NCBI GenBank assembly: GCA_965203955.1 | Contig: OZ241923.1 | Location: 1,357,395 to 1,421,394 of the forward strand | DNA from: Dehalococcoidia bacterium | Lineage (GTDB): Bacteria; Chloroflexota; Dehalococcoidia; Lucifugimonadales; JADFKI01 | Reading direction: 5' to 3' | Length of the DNA: 64,000 nucleotides | Notes under the pieces: generated by a model | The model's database searches: none | What the model was told of the DNA's origin: nothing | Seen by the model: the letters and a program-made list of their open reading frames with translations, nothing else | Translations under genes and position numbers: made by a program | Shown: positions 23,940-33,867 of the stretch, piece by piece | Numbering within the stretch: position 1 is the stretch's first letter | Layout of the letters: every line of letters starts with the position of its first letter

Positions 23940-24710
23940 CTAGCGGAAGGATTCGGCGTTGTCTTGGGGGTGGAAGTCGAGGACTTGGCGGGCGCGGGGG
24001 GTGTCGTAGATTTTCCAGGTGTTGTTGGATGCGCCGTAGAAGATGTCGAAGCCGATGTCTTCGGCTTCTATGCAGGCTTCGACCATGGCGGCTATGTCGC
24101 GGTGGCTGAAGTAGCTGACGAGGCTGCGGGCGTCTGAGCCGGGGCGGTCGTCGGGGGCGGTGGTGCCGAAGCGGATGCAGATTACGCTGATGCGGTGGTC
24201 TTCCCAGAAGTAGCGGCCGAGCGCCTCGCCGAATATCTTGCTGACGGCGTAGGGGCCGTCGGGCCTGTCGGGCATTTCGTGGGTGATTAGCGGAACACTG
24301 GCAGGGTCTAGGTCGCCGTAGTCGCCTTCGGCGATTGCCTTGTAGGGCTGATCGCGCTCGTACATGCCGACGACGTGCATGGAGCTGAAGAAGATGATGC
24401 GGCTGACGCCGCCGGCGCGGGCTGCCTCGAAGACGTTGGCGGTGGCGATTACGTTGTCGGGCATGAGGAGGTCCCAGCCGATGTCTGGGGTGTGGCGCGG
24501 CTCGGCGGCGAGGTGGATGACGACGTCTTTGTCCTGGAATGCGGGGGTGATGGCTTCGAGGTCGGTGAGATCTGCGGTGAGGGAGTCGATGCCGTCGAGG
24601 GGAACGCGGTCGATGCCGCTGAACTCGTACTTGTCGCCGAGGTGGTCGCGCAGGACCTTGCCGATTCTGCCGCCGAAGCCGGTTACTACGACTTTCTTCT
24701 TATCGGGCAT
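23940..24710 (-). CDS. NAD-dependent epimerase/dehydratase family (extended SDR) protein
   Basis: KVVVTGFGGRIGKVL, YAVSK (YxxxK). Confidence 0.7.
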   Translation of the reverse strand: MPDKKKVVVTGFGGRIGKVLRDHLGDKYEFSGIDRVPLDGIDSLTADLTDLEAITPAFQDKDVVIHLAAEPRHTPDIGWDLLMPDNVIATANVFEAARAGGVSRIIFFSSMHVVGMYERDQPYKAIAEGDYGDLDPASVPLITHEMPDRPDGPYAVSKIFGEALGRYFWEDHRISVICIRFGTTAPDDRPGSDARSLVSYFSHRDIAAMVEACIEAEDIGFDIFYGASNNTWKIYDTPRARQVLDFHPQDNAESFR

Positions 24711-24766
24711 GTTTTTCCTCCAGTGGGTTGATATGATTGCGGTATCTTATCATTCCGTAACGGGGG

Positions 24767-24795
24767 CTAACAGGATGGACAGGATAGATAGGATT
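24767..24795 (+). repeat. repeat family C copy
   Basis: CTAACAGGATGGACAGGATAGATAGGATT. Confidence 0.75.
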
Positions 24796-25677
24796 ATGGA
24801 GAGGCTGGGGCGGGGGGAGACGCTGATTTCGGACGGGGCTACGGGGACGTACCTGCAGGGGCACGGGCTGGAGCCGGGCGGGTGCCCGGAGGCGTTCAAC
24901 GTGAGCCATCCGGAAATTGTGCGGGGGATGGCGCGGGAGTATTTCGAGGCGGGGGCGGATATGGTTCTGACGAATTCGTTCGGGGGTAGCCGGTTTATGC
25001 TGGGGAAGTACGGGCTGGCGGACAGGGTGGGCGAGTTCAACAGGCTGGCGGCGGCGCATGCGCGCAGCGAGGCGCCGGAGGGGCGCTATGTGGTCGGGTC
25101 GGTGGGGCCGACGGGGGAGTTCCTGGAGCCGCTGGGGGAGCTGTCGGAGTCGGAGATGCTGGACGGGTTTTCGGAGCAGATAAGCGCGCTGGTGGCAGGT
25201 GGCGTGGATGCGGTGGTGGTGGAGACGATGACTGCTCTGGAGGAGTCGGCGCTGGCTATCAGGGCTGCGCGTGAGTTCTCTGCTCAGGGGCTGACGGTGA
25301 TGGCGACGATGACGTTCGACATAGGGCCACGCGGGTTCTTCACGATGATGGGGGTTACGCCGGAGCGGGCGGTGAAGGAGCTGCAGGACGCTGGGGCGGA
25401 TGTAGTGGGGGCGAACTGCGGGAACGGGATCGAGGTGATGGTGGAGCTGGCGCGGGAGCTGCGGGTGGCGACGGATGCGCCTCTGCTGGTGCATTGCAAT
25501 GCGGGAATTCCGGCGGTGCAGCGCGGGGAGATCGTGTACCCGGAGTCGCCGGAGTTCATGGCGCGTGGGTTCAGGACGCTGGTGGAGGATGTGGGCGTGA
25601 ATATCGTGGGCGGGTGCTGCGGGACGGGGCCGGCGCATGTGCGGGCGCTGAGAACTTACATCGATGGACAGGATTAA
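24796..25677 (+). CDS. homocysteine S-methyltransferase domain protein
   Basis: LISDGATGTYL, DMVLTNSFGG, GANCG, GGCCGTGP (zinc-binding Cys). Start chosen at MERLGRGE. The last 7 codons lie in a family C repeat. Confidence 0.75.
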   Translation: MERLGRGETLISDGATGTYLQGHGLEPGGCPEAFNVSHPEIVRGMAREYFEAGADMVLTNSFGGSRFMLGKYGLADRVGEFNRLAAAHARSEAPEGRYVVGSVGPTGEFLEPLGELSESEMLDGFSEQISALVAGGVDAVVVETMTALEESALAIRAAREFSAQGLTVMATMTFDIGPRGFFTMMGVTPERAVKELQDAGADVVGANCGNGIEVMVELARELRVATDAPLLVHCNAGIPAVQRGEIVYPESPEFMARGFRTLVEDVGVNIVGGCCGTGPAHVRALRTYIDGQD

Positions 25678-25688
25678 CAGGATGGACA
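25655..25688 (+). repeat. repeat family C copy (supplies the last codons and stop of the Hcy methyltransferase gene)
   Basis: CTTACATCGATGGACAGGATTAACAGGATGGACA. Confidence 0.8.
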
Positions 25689-25739
25689 ATAGCCCGTTTC
25701 CTGCTGGTAAACTTGGATTATGAACAGGGAGGGGGATAC

Positions 25740-26165
25740 GTGGCGACGATTAACACAGACTTTCTGGTGCGATGCATCGGGAATCTGGAAAACTTTCTGG
25801 CGGAACTCGAACGGCACGAGCCCGGCGAATTCTACTATGACCTGTCGAGGACGGCATGCGTAAAGGAATTCGAGCTTGTTCTCGAACAGTCCGGCGGTCT
25901 TTTGAGGAGACGGCTCAGACCATATTTCGCCACGCCCCGGCAGGTGAACACTCTGGCCTACAAGGATGTATTCCGGAACGCCGCGAAATTTCATTTGATC
26001 TCCCTGGAAGCGGCAGAGCGTTGGTTTGACTATCGCGACCTTAGAAACGATACGGCGCACCTCTATGGAGAGGAATTAGCAGAGACAACGCTGGAGTCGC
26101 TGCGTAAGTTCATTCAGGACGCTGCGGAACTCGCTCATATCGTGGGGGAGGATTTCGATGAGTGA
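25740..26165 (+). CDS. HI0074 family nucleotidyltransferase substrate-binding protein (HEPN toxin of HEPN/MNT pair)
   Basis: KEFELVLEQSGGLLRR... and RNDTAH (Rx4H). GTG start after GGGAGG. Confidence 0.7.
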   Translation: MATINTDFLVRCIGNLENFLAELERHEPGEFYYDLSRTACVKEFELVLEQSGGLLRRRLRPYFATPRQVNTLAYKDVFRNAAKFHLISLEAAERWFDYRDLRNDTAHLYGEELAETTLESLRKFIQDAAELAHIVGEDFDE

Positions 26166-26475
26166 CCGGCTGGAGCTGCCGCAGCGCTATCGTGAGCAGG
26201 TGGAAGCCATACTCCGGGACAAAGTGCCCAATGCGGACGTATGGGCATACGGAAGCCGCGTGGACGGGACCAGCTACGACACTAGCGACCTCGACCTCGT
26301 GGTGCGCTCGCCCGGACTGAAGCCAATTTCGGCGCGGGAGATGCAGGCTCTGAGAGAGGCTTTCAGCGATTCCAATGTCCCGATCTTTGTTGAAGCGCAC
26401 GACTGGGCGAGATTGCCGGACAGCTTTCACCGGGAGATAGAGAAGAACTACATCCCGCTGATCACCAGAGGGTAG
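26158..26475 (+). CDS. nucleotidyltransferase domain protein (MNT antitoxin)
   Basis: YGSRVDGTSYDTSDLDLVV (GSx10DxD). 8-nt overlap with the HEPN gene. Confidence 0.7.
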   Translation: MSDRLELPQRYREQVEAILRDKVPNADVWAYGSRVDGTSYDTSDLDLVVRSPGLKPISAREMQALREAFSDSNVPIFVEAHDWARLPDSFHREIEKNYIPLITRG

Positions 26476-26540
26476 CGGACACCACCGCCCTGCGGTCATA
26501 CCTTTTTTAGTGGCATGCATATAGTGGGCGCGGGGGGCAG

Positions 26541-26568
26541 TTAACGGGATGTGCAGGATATGGAGGAT
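26541..26568 (+). repeat. repeat family C copy
   Basis: TTAACGGGATGTGCAGGATATGGAGGAT. Confidence 0.65.
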
Positions 26569-26572
26569 AATT

Positions 26573-26609
26573 CCCCTCACCCTAACCCTCTCCCCAGGGG
26601 AGAGGGGAC
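26573..26609 (+). repeat. repeat family A copy
   Basis: CCCCTCACCCTAACCCTCTCCCCAGGGGAGAGGGGAC. Confidence 0.85.
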
Positions 26610-26612
26610 TAA

Positions 26613-27764
26613 TTGGTACTGGCGGGTAGGATGATGACGACTGCGGACAACAGCCCGTTTCGGTTCTTTGACAACAGGGAAAAGTACCTGCTGTTCGTGA
26701 CGACTTGCAACGAGAAGCAGGTTATCGCGGAGCGGGTGGCGATGGACACGATGTTCTTGCAGCCGCGCCAGCCTGCGCTGCGGATTTTCGATGCGGGGAT
26801 GGGGGACGCGAGCGTGCTGACTCGGGTGATGATGAACCTGCATCACCGCTTCCCGACCGTGCCGATGCTGGTGGTGGGGAAGGAGATAAGCTACGAGGAT
26901 GTGCGTATCAGCCTGGAAAAGATGCCGGACAGGCTGATGGAGCATCCGCTGACGGCGCTGGTCGTTACGAATATGTTTTACTCGGAGGCTCCGCAGCTTA
27001 TGCCGCGCCTGCGGCGGAACAGGGAGCGGCTGAACTGGATGGAGGTGGCGCTGGAGGGTTCGACGGCTTACGACTTTCATGAGCAGATAAAGGCGATGGA
27101 GCCGCAGGTGCGTGAGTGGTGGCAGACGAAGGTGAGCGAGCGGTCGGGGAATCCGATATATGCCGCGCCTTCGACGCTGGTCATCTATCGCAAGGATATG
27201 GAGTGGCCGCTTGCGCCGGTGATTCCGCGGCGCGGGGATGCCACGAAGCGGGAATATGACCTTGTGATCGCGGCACAGCCGTTTCGGGCACGACAGAGCG
27301 AGGATGTGAAGGTGCGGAATGTGCTTGCGCCGCTTGCCCGCGCGCTTGCGCCTGAGGGGATCATGGTGGTGATTCAGTCCACGGGGAAGGACCCGGGGAT
27401 GGAGATCATCAGGCGGATATGGCCGGGGGAGAGGCCTTTCCGCACGCCGCGGATGGCGCTGCTGCGGGAGTTGCAATCGCAGGTGGGGGAGACGCGCTCA
27501 GACCTGAGATATGTGAACTACATGGACTCGCGGGCGGAGTTCCGGTATTTCATGCAGCTGTCGGATTCGGGCGGCGCGGGGGCTATCGGGACGTCAGCGA
27601 TACTGGCGGGGTGGAATGCGGCGGTGTATGTGGCGCAGATCGAGGACGAGCGGCTGGACGAGGTGATGCGGGACGGCAGGTATCTGGACGTGACGGCGCA
27701 GGTGCTTCAGAAGTACGGAGGGCTGTGGTTCACGGATGAGTCGTTTATTGTGACGCGGGTGTGA
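26613..27764 (+). CDS. conserved hypothetical protein (possible SAM-methyltransferase-like fold)
   Basis: 383 aa. RIFDAGMGDASV resembles MTase motif I. Nothing else is recognisable. Confidence 0.4.
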   Translation: MVLAGRMMTTADNSPFRFFDNREKYLLFVTTCNEKQVIAERVAMDTMFLQPRQPALRIFDAGMGDASVLTRVMMNLHHRFPTVPMLVVGKEISYEDVRISLEKMPDRLMEHPLTALVVTNMFYSEAPQLMPRLRRNRERLNWMEVALEGSTAYDFHEQIKAMEPQVREWWQTKVSERSGNPIYAAPSTLVIYRKDMEWPLAPVIPRRGDATKREYDLVIAAQPFRARQSEDVKVRNVLAPLARALAPEGIMVVIQSTGKDPGMEIIRRIWPGERPFRTPRMALLRELQSQVGETRSDLRYVNYMDSRAEFRYFMQLSDSGGAGAIGTSAILAGWNAAVYVAQIEDERLDEVMRDGRYLDVTAQVLQKYGGLWFTDESFIVTRV

Positions 27765-27838
27765 TGAAGTCTGTCAGTATTTCAGTTAGTCAGTCGGTCA
27801 GGAGATGGAGGCTGGCAAGGTGATACGCCCTTCGTACC

Positions 27839-27945
27839 GTCACATTGAAGGGAGTGAAGAGGACAAAGTCGCTGTGATTGGACGACGCATGCCGCTGTCA
27901 GGGATTTTTAGATTCTTCACTCCGCTACGCTGCGTTCGGAATGGC
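27839..27945 (+). repeat. MITE-like inverted-repeat element family D (degenerate copy)
   Basis: Right arm GATTTTTAGATTCTTCACTCCGCTACGCTGCGTTCGGAATGGC. The left arm is eroded. Confidence 0.55.
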
Positions 27946-27963
27946 AGACTAGGATGGCTGCGT

Positions 27964-28605
27964 TCAGGAGGAGGTTCGGGGCGGCAGTAGGTCTGACACC
28001 GCCAACTCTAGCTCGGGTAGGGCGACCGGGGTCAGAGCTTCTCCCCGCCGGTGGATTGTATGCTGCGCGTAGCCGTCGGCGCCTGGTTCGGTGAACCGCT
28101 CGATGCAGTCTTCTGGCAGGTTTCTGACCCAAGTCTCCGGCACGCCGCTGCGCCCGTAGATGTGCGCCTTGGTGTTCCGGTCGTATTCGAGGCTGGTGTG
28201 CGCCACCTCGATGATCAGCAGGACGTCGGCAGGGGTGGGATGCGCCGCGCCGTAGCCTTCGGGACGGCGGCGCAGCAGGGCAACATCCGGCTCCGGTAGG
28301 GAATAGTCGTCGAGTCTGACCGGGTTCTGGATGCGAATGCGGAAGCGGCCCGGGGCATATTGGGCAAAGACCTCGATGTATTCGTCCACGTTATTGGCAT
28401 GCTCAGGACCAATAGGCGGCATAACTATAATCTCTCCCTCGATAAGTTCCACCCGCTCGTCGGGATGCAGGATGCCGACTTCCGCCATCCGGTAATACTC
28501 TGCCACCGTGAACTTGCGGGTTTGGGGAAGGCGCGCGCTGCAATCCGTGACTGGTTCGCTTGCCTGCGTGGAAACCGCCGCCGGAGCTTTTGCTTGCGTA
28601 GTCAT
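27964..28605 (-). CDS. Uma2 family (DUF820) endonuclease
   Basis: ELIEGEIIVMPP...PEPDVALL...LLIIEVAHTSLEYDRNTKAHIYGRSGVPETWV. Confidence 0.75.
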   Translation of the reverse strand: MTTQAKAPAAVSTQASEPVTDCSARLPQTRKFTVAEYYRMAEVGILHPDERVELIEGEIIVMPPIGPEHANNVDEYIEVFAQYAPGRFRIRIQNPVRLDDYSLPEPDVALLRRRPEGYGAAHPTPADVLLIIEVAHTSLEYDRNTKAHIYGRSGVPETWVRNLPEDCIERFTEPGADGYAQHTIHRRGEALTPVALPELELAVSDLLPPRTSS

Positions 28606-28689
28606 AAAGACACCTGAACTTCGGGAAGAGTCTCTGCCGACATTTGCTTCGTAATTTTATCATGCGAGGGCACGGGGGGTTTGCTTGCG

Positions 28690-29946
28690 CTAAATGAGGG
28701 CATGGCGGTCGAGGCGGTCGCCGGCAAGGAAGATGGCGGCGATTTGGCGGAGGTGGGCAAGGTCGGCGATGGGGTTGCCGTTGACTATGAGGACGTCGGC
28801 TTGCTTGCCGGGTTCGAGAGTGCCCACCTGCTCGTCGATGCAGCAGGAGCGGGCGGCGTCGCGGGTGGCGGACACGATGGCTTCCATGTTGGTCATGCCT
28901 GCCATGGCGTGCGCCTCGATGTCGGTCTGGTAGTCGCCCATGGGGTAGTAGGACCAGGCGGAGTCTGAGCCGGCTGCCATTATCACGCCGGCGTCTCGCA
29001 TGCGGGCGAAGTGGTCCATACGGGCGTCGGAGTTTTGGCGGAAGGTGTCGAGTTCGGCTTGCTGCTCGGCGGTCAGGCTTTCCAAGTCTTCGAGCATGCG
29101 GATACGCGCGACGCCCTGCCCGAGCGTTGGGTTGACGAAGACGCCCTGCTCGGCGATGCGCTCTGCGATGTCGGGGCGGTAGGTGTCTGCGCCGTCGGGG
29201 TCTTTGTGGACGCCGTGGATGATGGTGTCGATTCCGGCGTCTAGGGAGTTGAGCATGCCTTGCGACGATACGCAGTGGGCAGCGGCGTGCTTGCCGAAGC
29301 GGTGGGCTTCTTCGCAGATCGCGCTCAGCTCCTCGACGTTGAAGGAGGGCCTGAGCGGGTGGCTGGTGCGGGTGCTGCCGCCGGTTGCGGTAATCTTGAT
29401 GAAGTCGGCGCCTTCCTTGATGAGCTGGCGGACGGCTGCGCGGCACTCGTCGGTGCCGGTGGCGGTTGTGCCGAAGTAGCTGAGGTGGCCACCGATGATG
29501 GCGACGGGCCTGCCGGCGAGAATGAGGCGCGGGGCGGGAACGATGCCCATTTCGACGGCCTCTCGCAGGAGGAAGGTGGTGCGGTTCTTCGCGCCGCAGT
29601 CGCGGAGGGTGGTCACGCCGGAGTAGAGGTGTCGGCGGGCGTTTTCGGCTGCCTGCACGGTGAGCACCTCGTCGGGGAGGGTCGCAAGCTCGTCGCCTGC
29701 GCGACCGTCGCCGATGCCGTTGAGGTGGACGTGAGAGTCCACAAGTCCGGGCAGAATGGTGGCGTCGCCGTAGTCAATCTCCTGAATGGGCGCGCCTTCG
29801 GGAGCGTGGACGGTCTCTGAGGTGCCGACTTGCCGGACGGTGTCGCCTTCGAGCAGGATGGCTGCCTGCTCTTGGATGGCTTCGCGGGCGGTGTCGATGA
29901 GGCGGGCGGCTTTGAGGAGGGTGAAGCTGGGGGTGGTTGGTGGCAT
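28690..29946 (-). CDS. amidohydrolase family protein (metal-dependent hydrolase), paralog 1
   Basis: LPGLVDSHVHL, ADFIKITATGG, AAHC, GSDS. Start placed at MPPTTPS after GGAG. Confidence 0.75.
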   Translation of the reverse strand: MPPTTPSFTLLKAARLIDTAREAIQEQAAILLEGDTVRQVGTSETVHAPEGAPIQEIDYGDATILPGLVDSHVHLNGIGDGRAGDELATLPDEVLTVQAAENARRHLYSGVTTLRDCGAKNRTTFLLREAVEMGIVPAPRLILAGRPVAIIGGHLSYFGTTATGTDECRAAVRQLIKEGADFIKITATGGSTRTSHPLRPSFNVEELSAICEEAHRFGKHAAAHCVSSQGMLNSLDAGIDTIIHGVHKDPDGADTYRPDIAERIAEQGVFVNPTLGQGVARIRMLEDLESLTAEQQAELDTFRQNSDARMDHFARMRDAGVIMAAGSDSAWSYYPMGDYQTDIEAHAMAGMTNMEAIVSATRDAARSCCIDEQVGTLEPGKQADVLIVNGNPIADLAHLRQIAAIFLAGDRLDRHALI

Positions 29947-29963
29947 GTTTTGGTCTCCGGGAA

Positions 29964-30006
29964 TTGACATCGATGGACAGGATAGACGGGATGGATGTAT
30001 TGGATG
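29964..30006 (+). repeat. repeat family C copy
   Basis: TTGACATCGATGGACAGGATAGACGGGATGGATGTATTGGATG. Confidence 0.8.
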
Positions 30007-30011
30007 TTGGG

Positions 30012-31310
30012 TTATATCTGGGCGGGTGGCTGGCGGACGGCGGCTATGGAGTCGTCGGAGCCGCGCACGATCTTGTTTCCAGCGAGGAAGACGTCCTCGA
30101 CGTTCCAGAGGGCGTTGATGTCGTCGGCGGGGTTACCGCGCACGACGAGGACATCGGCTGCCTTGCCGGGTTCTAGCGTGCCTACGGTGTCGGATACGCC
30201 GAGCGCGTCGGCTGCCCAGCTTGTTACGGAGAGGACGCCTTGCATGGGGGTGTATCCGGCATGGACTAGCAGTTCGGTCTCATAGACGGTGTTGCCGAGC
30301 TGGTAGCTGCTCCATGAGGAGTCGGAGCCGGTGATGACCTTGACGCCCATGTCGATCATGCGGCGGGTGTGGTCGAGGCGCACGTCGAGGTTTGCGCGGG
30401 CTGTATCTAGCTCTGCCTGCTCGGGGGCGGTCAGGCCGGTGTATTCGCGCTTGTGGGTGAGGTCCCAGGCGGTGGCGCGGCTGACCTGAAGCGTGGGGTT
30501 GACAAAAGCGCCCTGCCGCTCGATGCGCTCGACGATGTCCTCCCGGAAGTTGACCGTTCCGTCGGCATCGAGGTAATAGCAGTGGATGATCATGTCCACG
30601 CCGGCATCTAGCGAGTTGGCTATGCCCGCGGAGTTCGAGGAGTGTGTTGCGGTGAGCTTGCCGAACTTGCGCGCCTCGTCGGTGACGGCTCTTAGCTCGT
30701 CGAGGTTGAAGGAGGGGAGCGTGGGGAAGGAAGTGCGCGTGGTGCCTCCGGTGGCGACTATCTTAATGTAGTCGGCGCCTTCCTTTATGAGCTGGCGGGT
30801 GAGCGCGCGGGCGTCGTTTGCGCCGGTGACCTCGCCGCCGAAGTAGCCCATGTGCCCGCCGATGATGGCGACGGGGCGGCCGCAGAGCACCATGCGTGGG
30901 CCGATGGCGAGACCTTCGTTGATGGCGTCGCGCAGCCTGAACATGGTGACGTTCTTGGGGCCGTTCTCGCGGATGGTGGTTACGCCGGAGAAGAGGCTGG
31001 CGCGGGCGTTGCGGGCGGACCGGACGGTGAGAATTTCATCGGGAAGCAGTGAGAGGTCGTCGCCGAGCCGTCCATCGCCGAAGCCGTTGTGGTGGGTGTG
31101 GCAGTCAACCATGCCGGGCATGATGGTGCAGCCGGGGTAGTGGACGGTCTGGGCGGGTGCGCCGTCCGGGGCGCGGACTTCGGCGGCGCGTCCGATGGCG
31201 GCGATGGTTGAGCCTTCGAGGAGGACGGCACCGTTGTCGATAGGTGGGCCGCCCCTGGCGTCGATGATGCGGTCGGCGGTTAGGATGGTGTATGTGGGTG
31301 TGGTGGGCAT
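30012..31310 (-). CDS. amidohydrolase family protein, paralog 2
   Basis: MPGMVDCHTHH, ADYIKIVATGG, ATHS, GSDS. Co-linear with paralog 1. Confidence 0.75.
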   Translation of the reverse strand: MPTTPTYTILTADRIIDARGGPPIDNGAVLLEGSTIAAIGRAAEVRAPDGAPAQTVHYPGCTIMPGMVDCHTHHNGFGDGRLGDDLSLLPDEILTVRSARNARASLFSGVTTIRENGPKNVTMFRLRDAINEGLAIGPRMVLCGRPVAIIGGHMGYFGGEVTGANDARALTRQLIKEGADYIKIVATGGTTRTSFPTLPSFNLDELRAVTDEARKFGKLTATHSSNSAGIANSLDAGVDMIIHCYYLDADGTVNFREDIVERIERQGAFVNPTLQVSRATAWDLTHKREYTGLTAPEQAELDTARANLDVRLDHTRRMIDMGVKVITGSDSSWSSYQLGNTVYETELLVHAGYTPMQGVLSVTSWAADALGVSDTVGTLEPGKAADVLVVRGNPADDINALWNVEDVFLAGNKIVRGSDDSIAAVRQPPAQI

Positions 31311-31387
31311 GGTGTGAGTAGTTCCTATGTAACTGATTTGTTTGGCATGGACCAAGATCATGACACTTGGAGCATGTCATCCTTCCT

Positions 31388-31684
31388 TCAGGCGCGCGTG
31401 GACTGGCGGATGGTGAGCTGAATGCCGAGCGCGGCGAGCACTTTCATCACAGTCCCGATTCTTGGGTCGCGCTCGCCTGAAAGGGCTTTATATAGGCTCG
31501 GGCGGCCCAGCTGCGTTTCCTGAGCGATAGTGGTCATGCCCTTTGCGCGCGCCACGTTGCCGACAGCCTTCATAAAGAATGCGGGGTCGTCCTCATCAAG
31601 GGCAGCATTCAGATACTCGATGATCAGTTCGTCATCGGTGAGAAACTCGGCAGTGTCCCAAGGGGTGTAGTTTTCTTCGCTCAT
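31388..31684 (-). CDS. addiction module antidote protein (HTH, TIGR02684-like)
   Basis: ...ARAKGMTTIAQETQLGRPSLYKALSGERDPRIGTVMKVLAALGIQL. Confidence 0.75.
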   Translation of the reverse strand: MSEENYTPWDTAEFLTDDELIIEYLNAALDEDDPAFFMKAVGNVARAKGMTTIAQETQLGRPSLYKALSGERDPRIGTVMKVLAALGIQLTIRQSTRA

Positions 31685-31693
31685 TTCATCGCC

Positions 31694-31987
31694 TCAGATT
31701 TCACTCGCCATTCGCTGGGCGTGTGCTATGTCTCTGCGCTGGCTCGCCTTATCGCCACCGCAGAGCAGGATAACGACTCTCTGCCGGCGGATGGTGTAGT
31801 AGATACGATAGCCCTGACCGACATTGACGCGAAGTTCACTTACACCGCTTCCGACGGACCTATGGTCTCCGAAATTGCCTTCTTCAATGCGATCAATACG
31901 AACAAGAATCTGCGCCTGTACACGTCTGTCGCGTAGCCGAGAGAACCAGCGAAGAAATCTGTCGCTCTTGGCTACCTCGTACCTCAT
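31694..31987 (-). CDS. addiction module killer protein (RelE/ParE superfamily, TIGR02683-like)
   Basis: RIDRIEEGNFGDHRSVGSGVSELRVNVGQGYRIYYTIRRQRVVILLCGGDKASQRRDI. ATG at 31987 is preferred over the TTG at 32014. Confidence 0.75.
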   Translation of the reverse strand: MRYEVAKSDRFLRWFSRLRDRRVQAQILVRIDRIEEGNFGDHRSVGSGVSELRVNVGQGYRIYYTIRRQRVVILLCGGDKASQRRDIAHAQRMASEI

Positions 31988-32112
31988 AAGGACATTGTAT
32001 CCAATTAGATACAATATGCCAATAATACACGGTAGGTGAAAGTAGGAAGATTAAACTAACTACAGCGAGATTGCGTCGATGATGCGGTCGGCGGTGAGGA
32101 TTTTGTAAGTCA

Positions 32113-32511
32113 TCATACGAATACTGCCGGGGATACCTGAAATCTTTTTGCCAAGTCTTGGATGTTCTTAACGGTAAGTTCTCGCTTGCGTTCAAGAATA
32201 TCCGATACAGTATCCGGCGTACCGATTTCTGACAGGTTATGTATGTCTAGGTTGTGTTCTTCCATCAAGAATTGAAGGACGCCAACAGCGTCGGCATCGG
32301 GTATTGGATAGTGTTCCTCTTCGTAGGCATGCACGACTGTGCCAAGCGTATCCAGCATGTCGTAAAGGGGATGCTGCTCATCGACGCCGACCTCATCGAC
32401 CAGAGCGTTCAGTAGTTCGATGGCTTTGTCGTAATCGTTCTCGTTACGAATAACGAAGAGCGGACTCACGGCTTGCCAATGAGCCTGAATGTCCTCAGTA
32501 ATCATGCTCAT
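32113..32511 (-). CDS. higA: HigA-type antitoxin (C-terminal HTH)
   Basis: 135-aa class protein with a C-terminal HTH (RELTVKNIQDLAKRFQVSPAVF). ATGA overlap with the upstream HigB. Confidence 0.65.
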   Translation of the reverse strand: MSMITEDIQAHWQAVSPLFVIRNENDYDKAIELLNALVDEVGVDEQHPLYDMLDTLGTVVHAYEEEHYPIPDADAVGVLQFLMEEHNLDIHNLSEIGTPDTVSDILERKRELTVKNIQDLAKRFQVSPAVFV

Positions 32512-32795
32512 TCTCTCCATTCTCCTCTGTCATATTCGGCATGAGTGAGAACATGGCGAATATAGACCTTCTGACGATTGAAGTGGATAGAGGCGACTAA
32601 GCGATAATTGTTGCCGCCGATATTGAACACAATCAGATTACCAACCCTGTCAGCACTTGGGAAGGTTGCGCGCAGCTCCGCGAAATTACTAAACGTCTGC
32701 CTGTCCACGATTTTGAACCATCGAACAAGAGGGGCTGAGCTATCAGGATGTCTAGACCAGAATTCGCGCAGCGCCTTTCTGCTGATGACGTGCAT
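32508..32795 (-). CDS. higB: type II toxin mRNA interferase HigB (E. coli HigB-type)
   Basis: MHVISRKALREFWSRHPD...VFNIGGNNYRLVASIHFNRQKVYIRHVLTHAEYD. Confidence 0.75.
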   Translation of the reverse strand: MHVISRKALREFWSRHPDSSAPLVRWFKIVDRQTFSNFAELRATFPSADRVGNLIVFNIGGNNYRLVASIHFNRQKVYIRHVLTHAEYDRGEWRE

Positions 32796-32829
32796 TCTTT
32801 AGTAGCTCGCAGAAACCTACCTGTGCCTC

Positions 32830-33588
32830 CTACATCGAGATTGCGCCGCCGTCTATGACCAGCTCGGAGCCGGTGACGTAGGAGGAGTCGTCGGAGGCGA
32901 GGTAGAGGACGCCTTTGGCGATTTCGTCAACTGTGCCGAGACGACGCATGGGAACGCGCTCCAGGCGCGCTTCGAGACGGCTGGGGTCGGCCATGGCGGA
33001 CTGGATCATGTCGGTGTCGATGGGGCCGGGGTGGACGGAGTTGCAGCGGATGCCGTCTGCGGCGTGCTGGGAGGCGGTTACCTTGCTGAAGATGCGGACC
33101 GCGCCCTTGCTTGCTGCATAGGCAGGCTCCTGGTGCTGGCTCTGGCCGATGCCTGCGACGGAGGAGATGTTGATGATGGAGCCGCCGCCTGTCTTTCGCA
33201 TCTCGGGGATGGAGTGCTTGGTGCCGAGAAATACGCCCTTGGCGTTGACCTCGAAGATGCGGTCCCACTCGTCGCCGGTGCGGTCTTCGATGGCTGCCTT
33301 CTGGATGACGATGGCGGCGTTGTTGACGAGGATGTCGAGCTTGCCGTACTTGGAGACTGCGGCTTCGACGGCGCTTTCCCAGTCGGCTTCATTCGTGACG
33401 TCGAGGTGGACGTAGAGGGCGTCGCCGCCGAGCTCGTTGATTTCGGCTTCGACCTGCTGTCCCTGCTCGTCGAGGATGTCGCCGAGGACGACCTTTGCGC
33501 CTTCCTCGGCGAAGAGGCGGGCTTCGGCTGCGCCCTGTCCGCGCGCGCCGCCGCTGATGAGTGCTACTTTGCCGTCGAGCTTGCCCAT
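32830..33588 (-). CDS. SDR family oxidoreductase
   Basis: ISGGARGQG, NNAA, YAASK. Confidence 0.8.
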   Translation of the reverse strand: MGKLDGKVALISGGARGQGAAEARLFAEEGAKVVLGDILDEQGQQVEAEINELGGDALYVHLDVTNEADWESAVEAAVSKYGKLDILVNNAAIVIQKAAIEDRTGDEWDRIFEVNAKGVFLGTKHSIPEMRKTGGGSIINISSVAGIGQSQHQEPAYAASKGAVRIFSKVTASQHAADGIRCNSVHPGPIDTDMIQSAMADPSRLEARLERVPMRRLGTVDEIAKGVLYLASDDSSYVTGSELVIDGGAISM

Positions 33589-33605
33589 GGTGTACCTCCG
33601 GGGGT

Positions 33606-33630
33606 GGTCAGTATTTCAGTTTGTCAGTCG
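33606..33630 (-). repeat. TGA-rich spacer upstream of the SDR gene
   Basis: Minus strand reads CGACTGACAAACTGAAATACTGACC. Confidence 0.65.
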
Positions 33631-33867
33631 ATCGTACTCGTCGTGGAGTCCAATCCATACCCACACAAAGCCATCCTCGTCTTCAACCGCAAGTGCCCTG
33701 TATCCAAGTCCCACACGCGCCGACCAGTATTTCCCAACCTTCTTGAAATTTAGTGACGGATGTCTTGGATTAGACTTCAGTAACTCAAAGTTTCGTCTCG
33801 CCACTCGCTGAGTAGATTCAGGCAACTGGTCGAAATATCTCCAGAAGCGCGGCGCAGTTCGATGCAC
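33616..33867 (-). CDS. RelE/ParE superfamily toxin
   Basis: NPRHPSLNFKKVGKYWSARVGLGYRALAVEDEDGFVWVWIGLHDEYDRL. Confidence 0.6.
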   Translation of the reverse strand: MHRTAPRFWRYFDQLPESTQRVARRNFELLKSNPRHPSLNFKKVGKYWSARVGLGYRALAVEDEDGFVWVWIGLHDEYDRLTN